Shown here: piece by piece, positions 37,506-45,425 of the stretch
Layout: the number at the start of each line of letters is the position of its first letter
How positions within the stretch are numbered: position 1 is the first letter of the stretch
Virus record (IMG/VR): IMGVR_UViG_3300035156_000180
Location: 1-46,177 of that record
DNA length: 46,177 bases
Direction: 5' to 3' (one strand)
DNA from: a virus
Program-made: the position numbers and the translations under genes
The notes under the pieces: generated by a model
The model's database searches: none
The model's input: only the letters and a program-made list of their open reading frames with translations
Told to the model about the DNA's origin: nothing

Positions 37506-40150
37506 GCTGCGGCTCCTGTATTAGCTGTAAACCCTCGGCTAACCAGTAAATTGTCTTGGTTAAGGTCGGCCCACCAGCCAGTAGCTGCAGCGGCTGTAGG
37601 CAATACCAATTGCTTTACGGTAACAGTTTGGTGGTTGGTTACGTGCCGGCTATTGTCAATGCTACCCCCGCCGCCACCGCCCTGCATCAGACTGCGGGTT
37701 TGCGGTGCGCTTTTAATTTGCGTGCCAGCTGGCAGTATAGCCACCTCCGGCCCGTCCTCTCCAACCATAGTAGCGCCGCCGGGCCAGTAGTTGGTACCCG
37801 TGGCGTTGCCCTGCAGCTTACCGCCGCTGCCTTGCAGTCCAGTGCTGGCACCCTGCAGGGTTTTTGCGGAACCGTTGGCGGCTTTAAGTGTGTTATTTAT
37901 GGCATCGCTCTGGCCCTGGATGCGCTGGATTGTGCTGCTGGTGCCAAATAGGATGTTGTTAATGGCCGGGCTTTGGCCTTGGATATTTATAACAGCCTGG
38001 TTCCAGCTGCTAATCACGCCGCCAATGCTTTGCTGCAGCTGGGCTATGCCACCTATTTGTGCCAGGGCAGTGGGGCCAAACTGCGCCACTACGCCCACGC
38101 CGCCATTTAACTGGTCGTTAAAGAACTTTTGCAGGCTGGTCGCATCGTGTACCGCGGTATTTAGTATGCCCAGGGCATCTTTATAATTGCCGGTCTTAAC
38201 GGTCAGGTCTAGGTTTTTGGTAACCGTATCTGCCAGCGCCCAGTTGTAATCGCTTTGCTTTTGCTTTAAGTTGTCGACCGCTGCCTGGTACTGTGGGCTG
38301 TTGGCACCAAACTTGTCGTGGGCATCGCGCACGGCATCCTGGGCAACCTTTAAGTCGTCGCCTTTTTGCTTGGCAATTTGCTGGGTATTATTAAAGTTTT
38401 TTATGGCCTGGTCGTGCTGCTCGGTGGCTGCCTTGCTCATGTCCTGAGCGTTTTTAACCCCGTTTTGGGCTATTGCTAACAGCGTTGAGCCGTTGCTGGT
38501 ACCCGTTAGCGTAACGCCTAAGTCCTCGGCCAGCTGCCGGTACTCGCGGGTAGCCGGGCTAACCTGGTCCCTAAGGTTGCGGGCATCTTCTTTGGCCAAA
38601 TCATCAAAGTGTTTTACGGCCAGGTAGGTGCCGCCGGCCACTACAGCAATTGCGCCCAGGCCCAAAGCTACCGGCCCCAGGGCAGCCAGTAAGCCGCCGC
38701 CGCCAGCCAATGCCGCAGTGGTGCCGCCTGCACCTGCAGTAAGGGCACCCAGGCCGCCTGCTCCTGCAGTAGCCAGGCTTGCGCCGCGCATTAGTAACAT
38801 GCCCTTGGAAGCCATGGCAAACAGGCTGCCAACGTCGCTTACGGTACGGCCCAGCTTGCCAACAGCCAACGTAGCCGGCCCCAGCACTATGGCTATTTTG
38901 GCGGCATCAATCAAAAACTCTTTTTGGCTGGGGCTAAGCTCGTTAAACCAGTCAGATAAACGGCTTACGGCATCGGTGGCTTTTTTAAGTTCGGCGGTAA
39001 CAATAGGTAGCAGGTCGCTGCCTATTTCAATCATGGCAGTTTCGGCGGTACTCTTTAAGTTGTCCAGGGCACCGTTAAACCCGGCGTTTTGCGCAGCCGC
39101 CAGCTCGGTTGCAGCGCCGGCCTTATTAACAGAGGTGGAAAGCTTATCAAAGCCTAGTGCGCCCTCTTTTGACATTACTATGGCGGCACGCATGGCATCG
39201 CTACCAAAGGCGGCCTCCATGTTAAACAGCTTTTGCTGGTCGGTCATGTTTGCTGTGCCGGCCTGCAGCTGGCGGGCGGCTTCGCGCATGCCCACAAACT
39301 TGCCCTGGCCATCGAACATTTGCAAGTTCATAGCCTTAAATGCAGCCGATGCTTTGTCGGTGCTAGGGGTCAGGCTGTTCATAAATGTTTTAAGCGAGGT
39401 ACCAGCATCCGAGCCTTTTATGGCGTTGTTGCTCATAAGGCCCAGCCCAGTAATCAGGTCGTTAACGGGCACCTTAAGCGCAGCTGCGCCGGCACTGGCC
39501 ATCTGCATACCCAGGGCCATGTCCTGTATGCTGGCGCTGGAACCGTTGGCACCGCCGGCCAGCATGTCTGCAACCTTGGTGGCTTCGGTACCTTTAAGGC
39601 TAAAGGCGTTTAGCGCGTTGGCGGTTACCTCTGCAGCAAATGCCGTTTCAACCTGGCCGGCTTTAGCCAGGCTAAGCACGCCCTTGCTGGCGCTCATAAC
39701 ATCGTTTACGCCCAGGCCGGCTTTGGCCAGCTCGGTCATTGCCAGGGCGGCATCCTTGGCGCTAATGCCCGGCAGTGTAACGTCGTTGCCCAGGTCTTTT
39801 GCTACCTGGCTAAGCGAGGTCATTTGTTGGGCGGTGGCCCCGGTAACACTTCTAAGTATGTTTAAGCTTTGTTCATAATCGCCGGCCATTTTTAGGCTGC
39901 TTATAGCAACGGCCGCAAGTGGGGCGCTAATATAAGTAGTCATGCCGGCACCCAGGCGGGCTACGGTGTCGCTGGTAGTGCCCAGGCTGCGGTTAAACTT
40001 CTCAAAAGAGGCGGTGGCATCATTGGTGCTTTTTTTGGCGGTATCGCCAACAGTACCCAGGCCCGTATTGGTTTTATCAATACCCGAGTTGTCGGCGGTT
40101 GTTTTGATTAAAACGCCTACAGTGTCATTGCCGCCTAATATGCCTGCCAT
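37502..40150 (-). CDS. Tape measure protein
   Basis: 882 aa, Ala/Gly/Leu-rich and helical, with a central hydrophobic Gly-rich segment. Canonical position after the chaperone pair. Confidence 0.85.
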   Translation of the reverse strand: MAGILGGNDTVGVLIKTTADNSGIDKTNTGLGTVGDTAKKSTNDATASFEKFNRSLGTTSDTVARLGAGMTTYISAPLAAVAISSLKMAGDYEQSLNILRSVTGATAQQMTSLSQVAKDLGNDVTLPGISAKDAALAMTELAKAGLGVNDVMSASKGVLSLAKAGQVETAFAAEVTANALNAFSLKGTEATKVADMLAGGANGSSASIQDMALGMQMASAGAAALKVPVNDLITGLGLMSNNAIKGSDAGTSLKTFMNSLTPSTDKASAAFKAMNLQMFDGQGKFVGMREAARQLQAGTANMTDQQKLFNMEAAFGSDAMRAAIVMSKEGALGFDKLSTSVNKAGAATELAAAQNAGFNGALDNLKSTAETAMIEIGSDLLPIVTAELKKATDAVSRLSDWFNELSPSQKEFLIDAAKIAIVLGPATLAVGKLGRTVSDVGSLFAMASKGMLLMRGASLATAGAGGLGALTAGAGGTTAALAGGGGLLAALGPVALGLGAIAVVAGGTYLAVKHFDDLAKEDARNLRDQVSPATREYRQLAEDLGVTLTGTSNGSTLLAIAQNGVKNAQDMSKAATEQHDQAIKNFNNTQQIAKQKGDDLKVAQDAVRDAHDKFGANSPQYQAAVDNLKQKQSDYNWALADTVTKNLDLTVKTGNYKDALGILNTAVHDATSLQKFFNDQLNGGVGVVAQFGPTALAQIGGIAQLQQSIGGVISSWNQAVINIQGQSPAINNILFGTSSTIQRIQGQSDAINNTLKAANGSAKTLQGASTGLQGSGGKLQGNATGTNYWPGGATMVGEDGPEVAILPAGTQIKSAPQTRSLMQGGGGGGSIDNSRHVTNHQTVTVKQLVLPTAAAATGWWADLNQDNLLVSRGFTANTGAAA

Positions 40151-40162
40151 TTGTTTGCCTTT

Positions 40163-40396
40163 TTATTCCCCTGCCTCGGTAACTTGGCCCGCCCGCGGCT
40201 GGTACTCTGTTTCTAGGTTCATCATGGCAATGTCGTTTTGTATAACATACCAGGGTGTCGCCAACATTTCAGCGTAGCTAATGCTCATGCGTTGGCGGTA
40301 TTGAAACAGCAGATACTCAAGCGGCGGGTCGGGCACCACATTGTCGGTGCCCAGCTCCGCGTTATCCCTTAAGGCGTCAAGGTGCAGTATTAACTT
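40163..40396 (-). CDS. -1 frameshift extension of the tail assembly chaperone (gpT-like part of a G/GT pair)
   Basis: The slippery A AAA AAG lies inside an A9 run (minus strand 40403-40394). The -1 frame stays open for 77 codons (KLILHLDALRDN...QVTEAGE) and ends 12 nt before the tape measure ATG. Confidence 0.65.
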   Translation of the reverse strand, partial: KLILHLDALRDNAELGTDNVVPDPPLEYLLFQYRQRMSISYAEMLATPWYVIQNDIAMMNLETEYQPRAGQVTEAGE

Positions 40397-40737
40397 TTTT
40401 TTTGACCGTCATCGAGTGCCTGGTCAGCCGCCACAAATGGTTGGCTAATCAAGTAAACGAAGTCCTCGCGCTGCAGCAGTGCCATGCTTTCAAGGCTAAC
40501 CGGCAGCGCCGTGCCATCCTCTAAAGTAAGGTTCCACTCTTTAATGCGGGCCAAAAACAGCTTGGCCATACGCATATTTACGTTGTCGCCGTCGGTCAAG
40601 TCCGGGTTTAATATATCCCCGGTAAGCATTGGTGCTACATCAACAATTATGTAAGCCTGCTGCTCCAGTGGCAGGGCTTTGGTGCTGGGCAGGTAAAACT
40701 GCTTGCGGTTCTCAATGTGTGCTTTAATTATTGCCAT
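40390..40737 (-). CDS. Tail assembly chaperone (gpG-like)
   Basis: 115 aa between the tail tube and tape measure genes. Ends in the slippery A-run. Confidence 0.7.
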   Translation of the reverse strand: MAIIKAHIENRKQFYLPSTKALPLEQQAYIIVDVAPMLTGDILNPDLTDGDNVNMRMAKLFLARIKEWNLTLEDGTALPVSLESMALLQREDFVYLISQPFVAADQALDDGQKKS

Positions 40738-41939
40738 TACGATATTGCCGCAATTCCGCTTTTAACAGTAACGCTAAACATAACGCCGTCAGTTCGGTCT
40801 TCCTGTGGGCGGTATTTAATGTTGCTGTAATTAACTTCTTTAGGCTTAATCTTTGGCATAGGGTCGTCAGTCTTGAGGTGGTTAAACACAATTTGCAGGT
40901 TGTATGGGAACACGCCAGCTACGGGCGCACCAGCATAGTGGTTAATAACCACGGCTGTTTTGCTCTGCAGGTTCATGGCCATAAGGTCTTCTGCCGTATC
41001 AAAGAACCGTTTAATGGTAAGGCCACAGTTAACCGTGGTGCGTACCAGGCTGGTTGGGTCAGCAGAGCCGCTGCGCTGTTCGCCGCTGTCGTTGTTCACG
41101 TTGTGTACCAGCTCCCAGTTGCTGCCCTGTTCTACCTGGGTCTGTGCTGCAGCCAAAGCGGCCGTAGCGGTAGCACCAAAGTGGAAACGGGTGTTGCTCC
41201 AAAGGAACGATTGCAGGGTATTAAGCGCTGCAGTTTGTGGCCGCAGGTGTAGTACGCCGGTAGTGTAGCCGCCAGTTACTGCTGTGCTGGTAGTTACAAA
41301 CTGTAGTGCAGCATCTATGGTGGCAATGGTGGCATCAAGTGTTGTTTGTGCAACCGGGTCGTATAGCCGGATTAAATCGCCTACAACCAAACCTTTTGCT
41401 GGCTGGTCGCTGTAAGTGGTATCAAGGTTTATTGTGTACGGGCCGCTGCCGCTAACGCTGGCAATTTTTGCACCTTGGAACGATGCCAGGGCGCTTATGG
41501 TAGCTTTAAGCTGCAGCTCGTTCTTATTCCAGCTCGGTGCCAATTTGGTGGTTACGCAACCAATAAAACGCTTTACTATGTTGCCCAGGCTAACGTCCAG
41601 GGTGTAAGTTTTGCTGTTGCCGCTGTGGCTAAATGGCCAGGTGTATGGGCCGGCACCGGTAACGCTGCCACGGGTAAGCAGGCTGTCTACTAAAAAGGTG
41701 GCCGTGTTTGGCTCACCAATAATAGTAATGTCGCCCTTATGGTCGCGCTGGCCAGGTATAACGGCGTACACCTCGCTTTTACTGCCGTAGGCTGCAGATT
41801 GGTCTTGCAGGTTTGGGCTAGTGGTCATATTGTCTTCGGTTAGCAACGTAAACTTGCTAGGTATGGCTGCTGCGCCGGGCGTGGCTTCAGGGGCCAATGC
41901 AGCATAACCCAGGTTACCGTGGCGTTCTATTCCAGGCAT
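40737..41939 (-). CDS. Major tail (tube) protein
   Basis: 400-aa ORF directly upstream of the chaperone pair. Beta-rich composition. Confidence 0.55.
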   Translation of the reverse strand: MPGIERHGNLGYAALAPEATPGAAAIPSKFTLLTEDNMTTSPNLQDQSAAYGSKSEVYAVIPGQRDHKGDITIIGEPNTATFLVDSLLTRGSVTGAGPYTWPFSHSGNSKTYTLDVSLGNIVKRFIGCVTTKLAPSWNKNELQLKATISALASFQGAKIASVSGSGPYTINLDTTYSDQPAKGLVVGDLIRLYDPVAQTTLDATIATIDAALQFVTTSTAVTGGYTTGVLHLRPQTAALNTLQSFLWSNTRFHFGATATAALAAAQTQVEQGSNWELVHNVNNDSGEQRSGSADPTSLVRTTVNCGLTIKRFFDTAEDLMAMNLQSKTAVVINHYAGAPVAGVFPYNLQIVFNHLKTDDPMPKIKPKEVNYSNIKYRPQEDRTDGVMFSVTVKSGIAAIS

Positions 41940-42238
41940 TATTTTTGCTCCATGTTAATTGGTTGTGGTGCTGCAGCTGGCTGCTGCGGTACGTATGTCT
42001 GCTGTACTGCAGGTGCTGCGGCAGGTATGGCGGGTGCCTGGGCAACCTGTGCCTGGGGTGCCGGCTGTACTGCAGGCTGGGCAACTGGTGCCTGGGCCTG
42101 CTGGTTTTCCGTGCTGTTAACCAACTCAAAGTTGCTATTTTCAATAACTTGGTCGGTTTCAATCATCCCACCAGTAGTAGCGCCAATGCCGGGCAAAACA
42201 TAATCCTGCCCGTCTTTTGTTTTATATTGGTTTGCCAT
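41939..42238 (-). CDS. Hypothetical protein with a Q/A/P-rich C-terminus
   Basis: 99-aa ORF in the neck/tail module. Confidence 0.5.
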   Translation of the reverse strand: MANQYKTKDGQDYVLPGIGATTGGMIETDQVIENSNFELVNSTENQQAQAPVAQPAVQPAPQAQVAQAPAIPAAAPAVQQTYVPQQPAAAPQPINMEQK

Positions 42239-42272
42239 ATTGCTTTTATCCTCTCAATTATGCTTATGTTTG

Positions 42273-42770
42273 TCAATGCCTATTAAGCACAGTTACACGC
42301 GCCGTTATATTAAGCTGTATGTCAGCCTCGGCAATAAATGCCGCATCCCGGCGGGGCGTGCTGCTGTAAGTAATAGCTGCCGTACTATCAATAATGCTGG
42401 CATCCAAAGTAAGGTTGTAGCGCAGGGCGTGCATTAGCGTGCCCTGCTTAAACTCGGCGGTTGCTGGCTCCCGGCCCTCCACTTTTTCCTCAAGCTCTCG
42501 CATAACCGTGTCAATTGTGTTGTCGCTACCCATGCTGTCCATGCGGTTGCTCATCAGGTGTATCATAATGGCCTCGGTCATATCGTCAGACTGGCTGGCA
42601 CCGGCGCTATAGCTGGCGGTTTGCTTGTAAACAATAACGCAAGGGTAGGCGGCTTCGGGCGGGGTTTGGCTGGGCAAACCTTTGTAGTACACCTTAAAGT
42701 AATCGCCAAATGTCTGCTGCAGCAGCTCGTCAATATGTGTAACCGTGTCTTTATAATCAGGCATATGCAA
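42273..42770 (-). CDS. Neck / tail-terminator-like protein
   Basis: 165 aa. Position and size are consistent with a tail completion/terminator protein. Confidence 0.4.
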   Translation of the reverse strand: MHMPDYKDTVTHIDELLQQTFGDYFKVYYKGLPSQTPPEAAYPCVIVYKQTASYSAGASQSDDMTEAIMIHLMSNRMDSMGSDNTIDTVMRELEEKVEGREPATAEFKQGTLMHALRYNLTLDASIIDSTAAITYSSTPRRDAAFIAEADIQLNITARVTVLNRH

Positions 42771-43317
42771 CCTTTACGTTAGGGTCGTTTGCCGCATCAA
42801 TACGCTTGCGCACACCCTCGCCAATAATGTCGCGCACAATGGTGCGTACCCGTGGCGTTATGCCAATCATTTGGCGCTGCGGTAAGTTACGGCCGCGGCC
42901 CTGTCCACCAAAGTCGCTGTACGCGCGGGCCAGGCCACCCAGCAAGCTAATGCTGCCCTGGTTGCCGCCAACGCCAGTGCCCAGCTGGTGGTAAATAAAG
43001 TGGTCGCTATTGTTGCTAACGTACACGCTGGTTTTGTCATGCTCGTAAAAAAAGCCGGCCTGTAAATCGCCCTCGCGCTGCAGTATGTCGCGCCCAGGGT
43101 AATTGGCGTTTTTATATTTGGTGGTGGCGGCGGTTAAATCTTTCCAGGGTTTTGGGAAGTCCTCGCCGTGGCTAATAAATACGTCGTTGCCAAAGTACGT
43201 TTTAAGCTCGGCACCAATGCTTTTCATTTCCGGCTTAAAGTTTTGGAATGACTTGGCCATGCCCACCAGCAGGGCCTGCTTTTCCTCTAGGCCGGTAACT
43301 ACTACTGTTACGTGCAT
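42757..43317 (-). CDS. Head-tail joining / virion morphogenesis protein (HK97 gp10 / Mu G-like)
   Basis: 186 aa. The N-terminal region resembles this family by eye. Position after the adaptor fits. Confidence 0.45.
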   Translation of the reverse strand: MHVTVVVTGLEEKQALLVGMAKSFQNFKPEMKSIGAELKTYFGNDVFISHGEDFPKPWKDLTAATTKYKNANYPGRDILQREGDLQAGFFYEHDKTSVYVSNNSDHFIYHQLGTGVGGNQGSISLLGGLARAYSDFGGQGRGRNLPQRQMIGITPRVRTIVRDIIGEGVRKRIDAANDPNVKVAYA

Positions 43318-44285
43318 TAGTATCTATCCCCAATGTTAAACATGCGCCTGTCGCTCACGTTTGGCCCGCCGGTGCCGTATGCCGGGCGTACGCCGTTATT
43401 GGTTGCCGGGTAAAAACTGGGGCTGTTTGGCCCATCCGGTATGCTGGCATCGTTAAAATTGGCATCATCAAGCACCAGTACCTTGGTAGCAATAAGGCTA
43501 AGGGTGGCCCGGCCCTCGGCAACTTTGGCGTCGCCCTCCTTGGCTAAACTGGGGTTCATGGTGCCATATTGGCTGCTCATAAGCAGGCCGGCTGCAATTT
43601 GCATGGTGGCGTTCATAATGTTGGGGTTTACGGGTTGGGGCAGGGGAAACTGGTACACGCTGCGTATGGTACTAACAACCTCCGCCTGGGCCACCTGGCG
43701 CTTTTCGTCAATCAATTCATCGGTAATGTATGGGGCGTTCTTAAAGCCGGCCTCCTGGCGTATCTGTGCCAGGCTACAGTAGTTTTGGTTCCGGTCGCCC
43801 CGGCGTGCGGTGGCTGCAGCCAGGCTGCTTTCGCCGCTGGTAACGCTATTGCGGAACGTGGCTTTATACCAGCGGTCGCCGTCGCCCAACGGGTCAGTAA
43901 ACGGCGTAAGTGCTTTGGTTACGTCAATAGCTTGCGTGCCAATAAGCTCAAAAGTATCATCTGGCGGCGCGTTGCCGTCAATATTTGGCGCGGCATATAT
44001 ACAAATCTGGTTGCCAAACAGGTAGGTAAGCGGCTCGCCAAAGGTATGCGGCAATACGGTGGGGCCGTTCAATTTAACGCTAACGCCGTTTACTGGGGCA
44101 AATATGCTAACCATTTCTGCGGTATCGCTACCCAGCACACCCAGCACAGCAAAACTGCCGGGCAGGGCAGCGGCAGAGTTTTCAAGCACCAAAACATCAA
44201 TACCGGCCGGGGCCAGCACTCTTAGTTCGGAATCGCCTAAGGCGTTATTGCTACCGTAGCTGTTGATATTTACTGTTTGCGACAT
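43317..44285 (-). CDS. Head-tail adaptor-like protein with an N-terminal extension
   Basis: The C-terminal half (YCSLAQIRQEAGF...ITDELIDEKRQVAQAEVVSTIRSV) looks like gp6/gp15-type connector proteins. Confidence 0.4.
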   Translation of the reverse strand: MSQTVNINSYGSNNALGDSELRVLAPAGIDVLVLENSAAALPGSFAVLGVLGSDTAEMVSIFAPVNGVSVKLNGPTVLPHTFGEPLTYLFGNQICIYAAPNIDGNAPPDDTFELIGTQAIDVTKALTPFTDPLGDGDRWYKATFRNSVTSGESSLAAATARRGDRNQNYCSLAQIRQEAGFKNAPYITDELIDEKRQVAQAEVVSTIRSVYQFPLPQPVNPNIMNATMQIAAGLLMSSQYGTMNPSLAKEGDAKVAEGRATLSLIATKVLVLDDANFNDASIPDGPNSPSFYPATNNGVRPAYGTGGPNVSDRRMFNIGDRY

Positions 44286-44317
44286 GTGGTTATAACCCTT
44301 ATGTTTTAGTTTATCAC

Positions 44318-45421
44318 TTAAATGTAAATTGTCTCTCTCACATCCTGCTCCAGGCTAATAACCATATCATCATCGCCGCCCAGGTATATGTTTTTGCGCT
44401 CGTGCGTGTCTAGTATTACGGGTTTGCCAACGCCCGGCTTATACGTAATAACTGCCATGTCGGCGTACATTATGCCGTCGCCGGCCAGCAACGCACTAAG
44501 CGTGGCTATATTTTGCGCTGTGCTGGTGGCCGTGCTGCTTGCCTCGATTATTGCGGCGGTGCCAATACTGTTTTTTACGTTACCGGTACTGCTGGTTTGG
44601 CCGGCAATTACCGTGGCCAACATAACATTGTTGCTGGCAGCTGCGGCCATTGCGCCGGCACCGGTAGCCTGGGTGTTTATTCTGGTGCTATTAAGTATGC
44701 TGGCGGCTACGGCTGCGGCACCTGGCATATTGGCACCCACCTGGGTGTATACGGTTATAGTGGCAGTTGCAGTTGCTGCGCCGGCTGCATTTGCCGCAGC
44801 CGAGGTGGTATTTTTAAGCGCTGCAGTTGCGCTGGCTGCACCGTGGCCCGTACCAATAATGCCGTTAATAGCAGATAAAACAGCCGTTGCGGTGGCCGCG
44901 CCGCCCATGTTTGCGCCTAGCAGCCCCTCAATCTCTGCAGCTGCGGTTACTGTGCTGCTGCCGGCCATAACTGCAGTTAGGTGCTGCTTGGCAGTAAATG
45001 CGGCCAATACCTGGGCCGTGGCTGCCATGGTTGCGGCTACTGCAGTGCTGTTACGTGGGTTTGCGGTTACGGCTGCGCTACCAGGTGCGTTGCCGGCAAC
45101 CTGGGTGGTGTTTTTGGTTTGGCCAGTCATTTGGGCCGCACCGTTCATGGCGGCGGTCAAATTACTTAAGGCCGCAATGGCACCACTGGCTGCAGCTGCA
45201 CCGCTTGCCTGGCCGGCCACGTTCATGGTGTTTTGTACGGCTGCAGTTATCTGCCCAGCACCGTTTATAACTACGGCTACGCTGGTGCGGCTTTGTACTG
45301 CAGCGGCCATGGTGCTGCCGCCAGTAATGGTTGCAGCCAGGGCAAGGTCGGCCAGCACAGCCAGCATTGCGCCGTTATAACTACGCTGGTTAAAGGCGGT
45401 AGAGTTGTAGCCGCTGCGCAT
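44318..45421 (-). CDS. Ala/Thr/Gly-rich fibre-like protein built from about 14 tandem 20-residue repeats
   Basis: Residues ~32-311 parse into exact 20-aa units, for example INGAGQITAAVQNTMNVAGQ, MNGAAQMTGQTKNTTQVAGN and MGGAATATAVLSAINGIIGT. The C-terminal ~55 aa is non-repetitive. Confidence 0.7.
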   Translation of the reverse strand: MRSGYNSTAFNQRSYNGAMLAVLADLALAATITGGSTMAAAVQSRTSVAVVINGAGQITAAVQNTMNVAGQASGAAAASGAIAALSNLTAAMNGAAQMTGQTKNTTQVAGNAPGSAAVTANPRNSTAVAATMAATAQVLAAFTAKQHLTAVMAGSSTVTAAAEIEGLLGANMGGAATATAVLSAINGIIGTGHGAASATAALKNTTSAAANAAGAATATATITVYTQVGANMPGAAAVAASILNSTRINTQATGAGAMAAAASNNVMLATVIAGQTSSTGNVKNSIGTAAIIEASSTATSTAQNIATLSALLAGDGIMYADMAVITYKPGVGKPVILDTHERKNIYLGGDDDMVISLEQDVRETIYI

Positions 45422-45425
45422 GGCG

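Noticed and set aside
38628-39878. 416-aa plus-strand ORF inside the tape measure gene
   Set aside because: It is antisense to a strongly supported 882-aa gene. Its Ala/Pro/Ser/Leu-rich low-complexity translation is typical of the reverse frame of GCN-rich codons. It has no SD or promoter context.
44388-45380. 330-aa plus-strand ORF opposite the 20-residue-repeat gene
   Set aside because: It is a mirror artefact of the Ala/Thr/Gly-rich repeats. The minus-strand frame carries the regular periodicity and fits the operon with tight junctions on both sides.
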